Part shown: positions 25,393-34,651 of the stretch, piece by piece
How the letters are laid out: every line of letters starts with the position of its first letter
How positions within the stretch are numbered: position 1 is the stretch's first letter
IMG/VR virus record: IMGVR_UViG_3300043220_000070
Coordinates: 1-64,000 of that record
DNA: 64,000 nt
Direction: 5' to 3' (one strand)
From: a virus
Taxonomy: Duplodnaviria > Caudoviricetes
Program-made: the position numbers and the translations under genes
Notes under the pieces: generated by a model
Seen by the model: the letters and a program-made list of their open reading frames with translations, nothing else
The model's database searches: none
Told to the model about the DNA's origin: nothing

Positions 25393-25901
25393 GGGCAGTA
25401 GCCGTGGGCGCCCAAAGAGCAGTTGCAGTTCCAACACAAAATGCGGATGCCCGGAGGGAACCCGGCCTTCCTCAATTGGTAGTACAGCCCGCTCCCTCCC
25501 CGCCGCTCAGGGCTTCCTATCTTATCAGGGCGGCCGTTGATATGGTCGACCGTAAGAAATTCTGTACGCTGCTCCCCACAGCAGGTGCAGCTATGGCCAT
25601 AAGCATCCAAGATTTCATTTTTCAACCGCCGATACGAGGTGCGCCCGCTGGGGCGCTGTCTCGCAATACAAGAAGGACAGGTTACGGTGGTAGCGTTCTC
25701 GGGCAGAGGGTTCGCGCAAGAAATACACCGTCCTTCTTGTTTGTACCTTGCAACCCGCTTTCGGTGACGGGCCTTGAGTTTCTCGGCGCAGACACTGCAC
25801 CACTTCCTCTCGGGAAGACAAGGGCGGCAGCCACAGTTACCACACAGCCCTTTATTCAACCAGCGCCGACGGAGTTCTTTTCGGTATTGCGGTGTACGCA
25901 T
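25368..25901 (-). CDS. free-standing HNH endonuclease inserted antisense
   Basis: YGHSCTCCGE..FLTVDHING...ILCWNCN..GYCPH; start ATG 25901, 6 nt after TATACT. Confidence 0.88.
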   Translation of the reverse strand: MRTPQYRKELRRRWLNKGLCGNCGCRPCLPERKWCSVCAEKLKARHRKRVARYKQEGRCISCANPLPENATTVTCPSCIARQRPSGRTSYRRLKNEILDAYGHSCTCCGEQRTEFLTVDHINGRPDKIGSPERRGGSGLYYQLRKAGFPPGIRILCWNCNCSLGAHGYCPHDCPQST

Positions 25902-25907
25902 ACTTGT

Positions 25908-25937
25908 AGTATAATGGACTGGGGCTACTAATGTCAA
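25908..25937 (-). promoter_or_regulatory. promoter TTGACA-N18-TATACT (leaderless HNH transcript)
   Basis: The -35 box overlaps the start codon of the Mre11-like gene. Confidence 0.7.
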
Positions 25938-26914
25938 GCAAAATCCTCATCTTCGGAGACCTACATCTAGCTGACCGTCCGCCGGGGGGGCGGGTAGATG
26001 ACTACGCAACCACCGTGCTGGGCAAGCTACAGGAAATTGGTAGCCTCTGCGAACGCGAAGGAGCCGGACTCGCACTCTCCCTCGGGGACTGGTTTCACAT
26101 CAAGCAACCTAACCGGGTGTCTCACCACTTGGTGCGAAAAACCATTGAGGTCTGTCAAGCCTTCCCTTGTGAAATCTGGGGGGTTTACGGTAACCACGAC
26201 ATTTCTCCTGATGGCACCTTCGACCGCCAGCCCTTAGGGGTGCTCCAGGAGGCGGGGGCTGTACAAGTACCCCGGGAAGCCGTTTTATTTGCTGAGTTCT
26301 GGCTCGTCCCTCGTCCTTACAATGCCTCGGCCGAGGGCGTACACGATGGGCAGACCGACCCCTCATACTACTCTCTGGCCGACGAGGAACGAGAGCTCAT
26401 CGCCAAGAACCCAGCGCCGGTCATCGGCCTGGCCCACGGCTCCATCGTAGGCCCCGGTGACAGCCGGCCGTACCCCTGGGTCAACGTCGACCAGATACCG
26501 GGACTCGAGGATTACGACCTGTTTATCTCTGGCCATCTGCACGAGTGCCTTGGAGTGGTGCAGGTGGGGAAGACCATCTTCGCCAACCCCGGGTCTATAG
26601 GTCGGACGCGGCGGGACATCGCCTCCTACGCCCGCACGGTGGAGGTGTTGGTGGTCAGCATTGACGAGAAGGGGTTGACGGTGGAGGAGGTGCCACTGCC
26701 GGGTGTGGCGCCGGCACTCGAGGTGTTTGGGAAGCGGGAGGCGGAGGATGCTCCCGACCTACCGGCGGACGAAATCACTCAATTCGTTGACGTGCTGGGT
26801 GAGGGCTTGCGTGCAGACGAACTTTCGGTGCCCGAGCTGCTGGCGGAGCTCGGAGACATCGAGCCTGAAGTGAAGGCTGAGGTGGAACGTTTACTAGAGG
26901 AGGTATCAACATGA
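25931..26914 (+). CDS. Mre11/SbcD-like nuclease
   Basis: GDLH, GDWFH, GNHD, LAHG, SGHLH metallophosphoesterase motifs. Confidence 0.93.
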   Translation: MSSKILIFGDLHLADRPPGGRVDDYATTVLGKLQEIGSLCEREGAGLALSLGDWFHIKQPNRVSHHLVRKTIEVCQAFPCEIWGVYGNHDISPDGTFDRQPLGVLQEAGAVQVPREAVLFAEFWLVPRPYNASAEGVHDGQTDPSYYSLADEERELIAKNPAPVIGLAHGSIVGPGDSRPYPWVNVDQIPGLEDYDLFISGHLHECLGVVQVGKTIFANPGSIGRTRRDIASYARTVEVLVVSIDEKGLTVEEVPLPGVAPALEVFGKREAEDAPDLPADEITQFVDVLGEGLRADELSVPELLAELGDIEPEVKAEVERLLEEVST

Positions 26915-27138
26915 GAATCTACTTAGGCCCAGGAACTTATGACCCGCCCGCCCTTGAGGTGGTACCTTACAAGGAACTCCCGGGAACATGTCCGACTTGT
27001 GGTAATGAAGGTACCCCCGCTCGTAACGGTCACGCTTACAAGGCGGGGAGAGACTTTGGAGACTGGGTTCGTTCCTACATTACGGGGCGCTTTGCCGACG
27101 GCTTACGGGACGAGTTAAACGACCCACGAGGGGAGTAA
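26911..27138 (+). CDS. small CxxC protein
   Basis: ATGA overlap; RBS present. Confidence 0.55.
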   Translation: MRIYLGPGTYDPPALEVVPYKELPGTCPTCGNEGTPARNGHAYKAGRDFGDWVRSYITGRFADGLRDELNDPRGE

Positions 27139-27141
27139 GTC

Positions 27142-27324
27142 ATGAATATACTATGTCGACTACTTGGCCATGTACCCTCACTTGATTTGCTCGTGGAGCA
27201 CCGGGGGGAACCACTCCCGATACGGGTGGGCCAACCCTGTCGTCGATGTCTCACCCTTTTTGAGAGTCTAGTCTATGCCGGAAACGGGGTTGCCGGCCTC
27301 ATACCAAAGAAGGAAGCATCATGA
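27142..27324 (+). CDS. small protein (CRLLGH motif)
   Basis: MNILCRLLGH..CRRC. Confidence 0.6.
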   Translation: MNILCRLLGHVPSLDLLVEHRGEPLPIRVGQPCRRCLTLFESLVYAGNGVAGLIPKKEAS

Positions 27325-27575
27325 CCGTCACACCCACCATCGAACAGTTGCGGAAAGACATAGAGTCCGCGCGTACTGACCTCACTCGCCTTGAAGGTCA
27401 GCAGGAGAGTGCCCAAGAGGAGCTCGTTAAGTTAGAGGAGGAGGCGCAGAACCTGGGCATCGACCCGGCGCACCTCACTAGTGAGGCCGTCCGCATCATG
27501 GATGACGTGGCGGAAGCACTGGTCGGTATTCGGGAGGAGATGCAGGTGTTGGTGAAGGAGACAGAGCATGAGTGA
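27321..27575 (+). CDS. coiled-coil protein, possibly a detached Rad50 arm segment
   Basis: Continuous heptad repeats. Confidence 0.6.
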   Translation: MTVTPTIEQLRKDIESARTDLTRLEGQQESAQEELVKLEEEAQNLGIDPAHLTSEAVRIMDDVAEALVGIREEMQVLVKETEHE

Positions 27576-27765
27576 CATGCACCCCCTACTTCTTATGCAG
27601 CGCTTTGAAGACTGGGCACTAGACAAGGTAGGGGGTAAGCGAGGTGCCTTGATTTTCGCTATTGGATTCTTTCCGATAGTCTTGGTGAGCTTACTTACCT
27701 GCCTCATCCCAAGCTACGTAGTGTTAATCCGAGAGGAAGGGCGTAAAAGGAGGAGGCATGGATGA
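27568..27765 (+). CDS. small membrane protein
   Basis: Hydrophobic core with a basic tail. Confidence 0.5.
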   Translation: MSDMHPLLLMQRFEDWALDKVGGKRGALIFAIGFFPIVLVSLLTCLIPSYVVLIREEGRKRRRHG

Positions 27766-28405
27766 ACTAACCCAGCTCCGGTCTGACCTGAGCCGCGTCC
27801 GCCAACGGTGCAGCGAATGGCGGGGACAGGCAACGATGCTGGAGGCCCAGCAGCAGACCCATGAGGTACAGAGGAAGGAGCTACTGACCCGGTTCGACGT
27901 GCTGGAGAAGGCCCAGAGGGTGCTTCAATTGTTAGAGGATACATGGCGCGGCCGCTACGAACAGGCATTGGCAGCTCTGGGTAGCCAGGGTCTGAGTGCT
28001 GTGTTCGACAAGAAGATGGAGGTCATCTTGGAATCGACTATCAAGAGAGGCGCCGCCAGCATGGACATCGCCCTAATCACTGATGGTCTACGAACCCGAA
28101 TCAAGGGTGCAAAGGGCGGTTCGGTAGCCCAGGTGCTGGCAGTGCTGCTACGGCTGCTGTTGGCGCTCTCCGGCCGGCCAGCGATGCGTCCGTTGCTGAC
28201 CTTAGATGAGCCTTTTTCGATGGTGAGTGCAGAGTACCGCCCGGCTTTGTGTGCTATGTTGCAGGAGACCACCCGGCGCCTCAACTTCCAAATGTTATTT
28301 ACCGCGCATGAGGGGGAACTCCTGGACGCCGCGGATGTGGCGTACATGGTGCACCCAGGCGGGCGGGTGGAACAACTCAAGAGTTCAAGGGAAGACAGAG
28401 CATGA
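27758..28405 (+). CDS. Rad50/SbcC-like ATPase, C-terminal half
   Basis: Coiled coil, then KGGS (signature-like), LLTLDEPFSMV (Walker B/D-loop), FTAHE (H-loop). Confidence 0.85.
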   Translation: MDELTQLRSDLSRVRQRCSEWRGQATMLEAQQQTHEVQRKELLTRFDVLEKAQRVLQLLEDTWRGRYEQALAALGSQGLSAVFDKKMEVILESTIKRGAASMDIALITDGLRTRIKGAKGGSVAQVLAVLLRLLLALSGRPAMRPLLTLDEPFSMVSAEYRPALCAMLQETTRRLNFQMLFTAHEGELLDAADVAYMVHPGGRVEQLKSSREDRA

Positions 28406-28722
28406 GTAAACGCAGCACAGTCGCCCAGAGCAAAGAGGCCGAGAGGGAGGTGGCGCGCATCCTTGGAGGGCGGCGCCTTCACGCCGGTGAGTGGCATGGG
28501 AAAGGGGACGTTGACGTTCTTGGTGAGTCCTTTGCGGCCCAGGTCAAGCACCGGTCGGGAGTACCTGACTACCTCCTTGAGGGAATGCGCCAGATTCAAG
28601 AAGCCACTGCCGACACGTACCTTACCCCCCTCCTCGTGATTCGCACGAAGCCTGGGCGGGGGCGTGAGGCCCAGACGTTTATAGTAATGGAAGCAGAAAC
28701 CTGGAGGAGAACCCATGTCTAA
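28402..28722 (+). CDS. PD-(D/E)xK Holliday-junction resolvase-like nuclease
   Basis: EAEREVARILGG..GDVDV..AQVKHR. Confidence 0.75.
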   Translation: MSKRSTVAQSKEAEREVARILGGRRLHAGEWHGKGDVDVLGESFAAQVKHRSGVPDYLLEGMRQIQEATADTYLTPLLVIRTKPGRGREAQTFIVMEAETWRRTHV

Positions 28723-29095
28723 CCAAGATACCCTCAACGTGCCATTCTCACCCCATCTAGCCAGTATCAACCCGCTTCGGGACTATCTACACGAAGCAAC
28801 CACGAGCGTTATATGGCACTTCCACGCTCTCAAGAACGGGCGTATCATCCTGGTCAATCCACTGAGGAAGACACGCCTCTGCCAAGAAGAGGGGCGCTGT
28901 GTCCTCATTTCAGTCAATGATATGCAGGTGCTGAGGGACTACCACCACCTGGGGTGCTCAGACCCCCAGTGCTGCCCACGCCAGATTTTTGGAGTGGGTA
29001 AAGACGGGGCGACCGATATAGCACCGGGCCTAAGGGGGTTGAACACCCTAGCGGAGGAACATGACCTCGACGTTGCCCCCGAATCAAAAGTGTAG
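28715..29095 (+). CDS. hypothetical protein
   Basis: GGAGG RBS, 126 aa. Confidence 0.55.
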   Translation: MSNQDTLNVPFSPHLASINPLRDYLHEATTSVIWHFHALKNGRIILVNPLRKTRLCQEEGRCVLISVNDMQVLRDYHHLGCSDPQCCPRQIFGVGKDGATDIAPGLRGLNTLAEEHDLDVAPESKV

Positions 29096-31727
29096 CCACT
29101 GTCCTGCCTTAGCCAAGACCCGGCGCTGCATTGTGAGTGGCGCCGGTGTCCGGGACGCCACGATAGCGTTCGTTGGGGAAGGCCCGGGACAGGTTGAGGA
29201 CGACAAGAACCGGCCGTTTGTGGGTAAGGCGGGGAGGGTGCTGCACGTCATCCAGTGGGCGGCCGGTATCGACCAGTACAAGGTCTTCCACACTAATGCC
29301 ACACGCTGCTGGGGCAAGCGGAACCCGAAGCCTGCCGAAGTAGACGCCTGCCACGACTACCTCATTGAGGAACTGCGGGAGCTCAACCCAACCGTCATTG
29401 TGGCGCTGGGAGGCGCCGCCATCCGTTCCCTCTATCGCCCGGGCATCACTGTGGGCTCGGTGATGGGCTTCACCCTGTACAACGACGAGCTCCCCGGTAC
29501 CCCCATCATCCCAACCTATCATCCCTCCTACATCATGCGCGGCCACTGGAATGAGGTAGCGTTGGTCATCTCCCACTTCCGCAAGGCAAAGCGCATCGCT
29601 GAGGCGGGGGGTATTGAGGAGAAGCTGGGCTCCTACGTGGGCGTCACCACCCTGGAAGACCTACGGGCGCTTCGGGACTATCTGCTCGGGCCGGACGTGG
29701 AGAGCATCGCCATCGACACGGAGACTACGGGTCTTTCCTGGATGGATTCAGAGCTCCTCTGCATCAGCTTCTCTGGTGAGGTGGGTACGGGCTTCAGCGT
29801 CCCCATCCTCCACCGCGGTGAGCGTACTGTCATGAAGGAGAAGGGGCGGGGTAAGAACCGCAAGGAAGTAGAGGAGACGGAGTGGTGCCCCGTCCCCTAC
29901 TGGCCGGACGATGAGTTTGAAGAGGTCTACACTATTCTCGGTGAAATCCTCAGTTCCGATAAGCCTAAGGCGGGTCAGAACATCGGGTTCGACCTACGGA
30001 TGCTGGAGCGCTCGCCCTATGAGGCAGCGGTGACGGCCCGGACTGCTCTAGGGTTCCAAGTAAACAACGTGAGGCACGACACCCGGCTGCTCTCCTCTCT
30101 CCTATCGGAGGTGAGCCCCGCCAACCTCACGGCCCTTACTGCCTACTGGACAGATATTCCATATTATGAGGCTGAGGTGGCCGGCATGAAGTCCCGGATG
30201 TGGGAGGTTGAAGATAAAACTCTATGGGAATACGGAGGAGCCGATGTCGATGTGGTGCAGACCCTCGTGCCCCTGCTCCACCCCAAAGTGCAGGACGAGG
30301 GCACCGACTGGGTGTATGAAAACATCTCAATCCCACTAATTCGCTGCGCTACGAAACTAGAGGAGCGGGGTGTCTACATCGACCAAGAAGCCTTCGACAA
30401 GCTCTGTCGGTATTACAAGGCGCACCTGAAGGAGAAGAAGGAGGAGCTGAACGAGACGGTGGGTCGGGTGGTGGAGCACCCAACGCACTACCAGCACGTC
30501 CAGAAGCTCGTCTTTGAAGACCTGGGGCTCCCCTTAACTAATGAAGCAACCGATGGGGCCGCCAATGAATGCGATAAGTGCCGGAAGCTAAGTAGCCCCT
30601 GCTCATCGGCCCACGCTAAGACCTCAGCCGATTCCTTGAAGGAGCTGAATGAACGGTCTCCTCACCCCGTCCTACCCCTACTCATTGACATCCGCACTGA
30701 TGAGAAGCTCTACAGCACCTACCTTGAGGGGGGTGGGGGTGGTGGGTTCCGCCCCCACATCCGCGCCGATGGTCGCATCCACGCCCGCTGGAATGCGGCC
30801 CGTGCCGCTACCGGCCGCTTCGCCTGTGAAGAGCCCAACCTTATGAACCTACCCAAGGGGGTGGAGATTCAATCCGACGAGTACGACATCCACTCCAAGG
30901 ATGCCCTACGCGCTATGCTTGGTGCACCCCCCGGCTACGGGCTACTCAACGCCGACTGGAGTCAGGCGGAGGTCTGGGTCATGGCCTATGAGACCAAGGA
31001 TGAGACGCTACTCCGGCTGCTGATGGAGGGAAAGGACATCCATGCCTACGTCGCCCGGGAGCTCTGCAAGCTGGGAGTCTCCAGCAAGTTCCCCAAGGGG
31101 AGCGTGGATGAGCCCCTCTCACTAGAGGAGTGGAGGGACAAGTACAAGGACATCCGCGACCGCGGAAAGACTTTCGTTTTTGGCATGAACTACGGTCTGA
31201 CGGCCGAAGGAGCAGCGCAACGCCTAGGATGCTCCAAGGAGGAGGTATCCCCCCTCCTAGCGTACTACGTCCAGCACATCTTCCCCGGAATGGGGCCGTA
31301 CTTCATCTGCATTCGTGAAGAAATGTTCCGAGACGGGTCAGTTAGTGACCGCTTTGAGCGCCGGCGCCACTTCGCTGAGGTGCCCCTCCTGGCGGCGCTA
31401 CGCTACCGCGGAGACCTGGAGGGAGCGGTGCGCCAGGGGTACAACATGCCTATCCAGGGTGGGGCGCACGACCTGCACTCTCTAGCGCACATCGCCACCG
31501 AGCGGGAGCTCTCGCCGTTCATTGAGCCTGTACTCGAAATGCATGACAGCCTTATGTCCTACCCCCCTCTCGACCGCCTTGAAGAGGCGGCGGCCGCCAT
31601 CAAGGAACTGTGGGAGGACGTGGCGCGCAATACCATCCTACCGTCCGGCGAGCGGCTTGCGTGGGAGATTCCCGTGGAGGTACAATGGGGGAGGAGCTTC
31701 GGAGATTTGGAGGTGCGCCTTGAGTGA
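29061..31727 (+). CDS. polA: family A DNA polymerase with N-terminal family-4 uracil-DNA glycosylase domain (SPO1-like) and 3'-5' exonuclease
   Basis: CxxC..GEGPG..PFVGKAG..YHPS (UDG4); DTETTG (Exo I); ADWSQAE (motif A); RGKTFVFGMNYG (B); MHDS (C). Confidence 0.95.
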   Translation: MTSTLPPNQKCSHCPALAKTRRCIVSGAGVRDATIAFVGEGPGQVEDDKNRPFVGKAGRVLHVIQWAAGIDQYKVFHTNATRCWGKRNPKPAEVDACHDYLIEELRELNPTVIVALGGAAIRSLYRPGITVGSVMGFTLYNDELPGTPIIPTYHPSYIMRGHWNEVALVISHFRKAKRIAEAGGIEEKLGSYVGVTTLEDLRALRDYLLGPDVESIAIDTETTGLSWMDSELLCISFSGEVGTGFSVPILHRGERTVMKEKGRGKNRKEVEETEWCPVPYWPDDEFEEVYTILGEILSSDKPKAGQNIGFDLRMLERSPYEAAVTARTALGFQVNNVRHDTRLLSSLLSEVSPANLTALTAYWTDIPYYEAEVAGMKSRMWEVEDKTLWEYGGADVDVVQTLVPLLHPKVQDEGTDWVYENISIPLIRCATKLEERGVYIDQEAFDKLCRYYKAHLKEKKEELNETVGRVVEHPTHYQHVQKLVFEDLGLPLTNEATDGAANECDKCRKLSSPCSSAHAKTSADSLKELNERSPHPVLPLLIDIRTDEKLYSTYLEGGGGGGFRPHIRADGRIHARWNAARAATGRFACEEPNLMNLPKGVEIQSDEYDIHSKDALRAMLGAPPGYGLLNADWSQAEVWVMAYETKDETLLRLLMEGKDIHAYVARELCKLGVSSKFPKGSVDEPLSLEEWRDKYKDIRDRGKTFVFGMNYGLTAEGAAQRLGCSKEEVSPLLAYYVQHIFPGMGPYFICIREEMFRDGSVSDRFERRRHFAEVPLLAALRYRGDLEGAVRQGYNMPIQGGAHDLHSLAHIATERELSPFIEPVLEMHDSLMSYPPLDRLEEAAAAIKELWEDVARNTILPSGERLAWEIPVEVQWGRSFGDLEVRLE

Positions 31728-31858
31728 GCACACACCACCCTTACACATCGTCTGCGGCCGGCGTCACTGGCCCGGGTCGTGCCCCCAGGAGGATGGGTTG
31801 AAGGCTCGGGTGTGGTACAAGCTGTCCGTCCTGGCTGGATGGATTACCCCCTGGAGAA

Positions 31859-32497
31859 ATGGGCACGATGACTAGGGGTAAGGAGCCCATTACCCGTGGG
31901 CCAGATGGTCTGATGCCGGCACAGCGAGAGTATCTTCAGAAATATGCTGAGACCGGTACTGAGGCTGAGGCGCGTCAAGCCCTAGGTCTCTCGAATCGGC
32001 GTATCGCGCGCTGGCACCGGGAAGAGGAAGCCTTCCGCAAAGCCTACGACGAGACGATTGGCAGCGTCCACGAGGCTGTTGCCCAACGCCTCAAGGGTGT
32101 GGAGGAGGAGCTGCCAGACGCCATCCGCCGGCTGATGCACGGTGTGAAGCCCATCCCAGTCAAGTGCCCCGGCTGCGGTGAGAAGTTCACGGTGGACGTG
32201 GAGAACCAGACTGTCCAGGCGCGCATTGTCGAGATGATGATGAAGGCCCAGGGGCACCTAAAGGACGTACGGCGCCTCGAGGGTGAGGCGCTTATCACAC
32301 ACTTGACATTGGGACAGCGCATGGCGCTCTCCCTGCACAATTTGGGCAAAGAAATTAGCGCGCAGAGCCGCCGCGACCTCATTAATCTAAGGCTCATTGA
32401 GGAGGAGGTGCGGCCCCCTGACGACCCCAACGTGGTGGAGGGCGAAGTCCGCGAGGTCGATGCAGAGAAGGAGGAAAGCGATGACGATTCGCGGTGA
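31859..32497 (+). CDS. HTH protein, terminase small-subunit-like
   Basis: QREYLQKYAETGTEAEARQALGLSNRRIARWHREEEAFRKAYDE. Confidence 0.55.
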   Translation: MGTMTRGKEPITRGPDGLMPAQREYLQKYAETGTEAEARQALGLSNRRIARWHREEEAFRKAYDETIGSVHEAVAQRLKGVEEELPDAIRRLMHGVKPIPVKCPGCGEKFTVDVENQTVQARIVEMMMKAQGHLKDVRRLEGEALITHLTLGQRMALSLHNLGKEISAQSRRDLINLRLIEEEVRPPDDPNVVEGEVREVDAEKEESDDDSR

Positions 32498-32672
32498 GAC
32501 AAGCGACTTACTCAAAGATGTCTACCTAATCGCTCATGTGCAGGCGATGCTGGATAAGGACGCCCTGAGCTTGGCCGTCGACTGGGCGAGTCTTCGGGTG
32601 CGTGCCGAGGGTGTGCTAATCCGTGAGGGCGTTAGCCTGCCCAAGTTGCCAGACCCACCCAGTGTGGAGTAG
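32481..32672 (+). CDS. small hypothetical protein
   Basis: AGGAGG RBS. Confidence 0.55.
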   Translation: MTIRGETSDLLKDVYLIAHVQAMLDKDALSLAVDWASLRVRAEGVLIREGVSLPKLPDPPSVE

Positions 32673-32692
32673 GGTGCAACTAGCGAAAACTA

Positions 32693-32705
32693 TTGTGTAA
32701 CACAA
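32693..32705. promoter_or_regulatory. single perfect TTGTG-N3-CACAA operator-like palindrome
   Basis: Intergenic; same motif family as clusters A and B. Confidence 0.5.
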
Positions 32706-32745
32706 CCAATTTCGTAACGTTGTAGGTAGTGAAAGGAGGTGCCCC

Positions 32746-32982
32746 GTGGCTAAGTTTTTACCGGTAGTCTCACAGGCACTAGTCTCCGTGAAGTACGAAA
32801 GGGAGCAGGCCCGACTGGTCGTCCAATTCGGAGAAGACAGCTTCTACGAGTACGATGGCGTGCCGGGGGACGTGGTGCTGGACTTCATGTTCGCCGACTC
32901 CATCGGCTCCGCCTTCTCCGCTTTGGTGAAGAAGGGCGGCTTCCAGTTCAGGAAGCTACCCGCAGACCAGGCCGGCATCTAA
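32746..32982 (+). CDS. KTSC-domain protein
   Basis: SQALVSVKYE..LVVQFG..YEYDGVP...ADSIGSAF. Confidence 0.88.
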   Translation: MAKFLPVVSQALVSVKYEREQARLVVQFGEDSFYEYDGVPGDVVLDFMFADSIGSAFSALVKKGGFQFRKLPADQAGI

Positions 32983-32989
32983 GGGAGAA

Positions 32990-33295
32990 GTGATGGCATG
33001 GGAAAACGAAAGCGGCGACAACGACCCAAGCAGGTGGCCAACCGCCAGCACCCGGTTGAACTGGGCCAGGAACAATTATCTGAAGAGCGAGTACACGATG
33101 CAGCAGAAGCTCCAGAAGTTCCTGGTGCAGTTGATGAACCTGATAGCCCTGGCCGACCTAATCGAGGAGGAGGGCGGGGAGGCGGTAGTGACGCCCAAGC
33201 AGAAGAGGGCGTGGGTGGAGCTATACCAGGTGTGGCGCCCTACCAAGCAGGTGGGCCGGCCGAAGAACGGTTCCTCAACTGGCCCCACCGAGTAG
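32990..33295 (+). CDS. hypothetical protein
   Basis: AAGGGAG RBS and a globular-looking sequence; more plausible than the overlapping N-terminus of the 32998 ORF. Confidence 0.6.
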   Translation: MMAWENESGDNDPSRWPTASTRLNWARNNYLKSEYTMQQKLQKFLVQLMNLIALADLIEEEGGEAVVTPKQKRAWVELYQVWRPTKQVGRPKNGSSTGPTE

Positions 33296-34455
33296 TCCAG
33301 ACCCCGGAAGACCTGCTGGAATTCGGGGAGTGGCTCCAGGTACTGGGGGGAGAGGTGGACAAGACACCGGTGGGTATCGCCGCCTCACGTAACGAGCTGG
33401 CGCTAGCGACTAAGGCCCAGGGCTGGCTCCTCATGATGCGCGATTGGCCCCCCCTCACATCCCAACCTATCGTCCAGAGCGTGCTGGGTAAGGCCCTCAC
33501 AACCGAGCGGACAGCCCCCGCCCTCGTCACCCGAGACACCGGCCGGCTCATGGTGGCCCTAGACGAATGGCTGGGAGAGTACGACCGAGACACCCTGCTC
33601 CCCAACATCGTACACGACATGGGCGCATTGGAATACGCGACGGGGCGGGCTATCGCTCGAGACCAATCACCTCTCAAGGACGCACTGGATTGCGCCGTTG
33701 TGGGGCCAGGGCTGGCGCTAGAAGCCCCCCGCTTCTACCGGGAGGTGGGAATGCCCCTCGTGCGGCATAACGCCCGGGGGCTCAATTATGAGTCTCTCGG
33801 TACCAATTCTGAGACAAGTCGCTGGACTCTCACCTATGATTGGCTCCTGTTCAAGATGCTGGCCCACTACACCCGTGACCCTACTCTCATCCGGTGGTTC
33901 CAGGAGGGTAGGAGCCCCATGCAGGAGTTCGCCAGCTACCTGGAGCTCGACTCGAAGGAGGCAGTGGCGTTCCTCTTGTGGATGGTGTGTGGAGAGAGCG
34001 GGGAGCTCGTCAGCCGCTACTACCCCGACTGGGCTGCTTGCCTACCGGAGTCCCTCCAGCTCATCAAGGCGTCCCGGGTGGACAAGAACCTCCCAAACCT
34101 CCGCATGGGGCTCATCCGCCTGACCGACCAGTACGCCACAGCCCGCAAGACCACAACGATGTACGGGCGCCGCTCCCCGTGGGGCCTGCGGCCGGAGGAG
34201 CTCCTGCACTTCGTCATCATGGGTTCGGTAAATGATTTACTGGATGTCGTGGTGGCCTCCATTATCGACATGGGAAGCGAGCAGCATTGGCTCGTCCCCG
34301 CGTCCGAGTCCAAATACAGTCACTGGCTCCGAGCTCAGATAGTGGGTTACACTAAGGAAAACTCTATGGAGTGGCAACAGAATCTAGAGAAGTTGGGGAC
34401 GCTTAACAATCCCTTGGGTGTGGTGCCACTCGAGCCCCGGGTGAGTGTTGAATGA
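33210..34455 (+). CDS. degenerate, probably catalytically inactive family A DNA polymerase paralogue
   Basis: Collinear similarity to 29061-31727 with catalytic motifs eroded. The open frame starts at 32998; the true start is probably a GTG at about 33210-33230 (start coordinate approximate). Confidence 0.7.
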
Positions 34456-34651
34456 TATACATCACGCCTACATATGACCCCTACAAGGGCGGGATACAGT
34501 GCGCCGCATGGGTCTGGAAACGAGACACGTACCGGTACACGGGGGGAACTCCCAGTGGATTCACAATGCACTACAAGAAAACCCACTGTAGACGTTCTAC
34601 CAAGCGAGGATTTACCCTCTGTTGGCAGCACGAGAGGATGAGGTAGAACAT

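Noticed and set aside
29061-31727. Intein or intron in the DNA polymerase, helicases or RecA
   Set aside because: No C/S...HN-C/S/T splice motifs or LAGLIDADG blocks; insertions are short and frames are continuous.
32998-33209. N-terminal ~70 codons of the 485-aa ORF as real protein
   Set aside because: Low-complexity alternative-frame reading that overlaps the better-supported 32990-33295 gene; polymerase similarity starts only near NWPHRVV.
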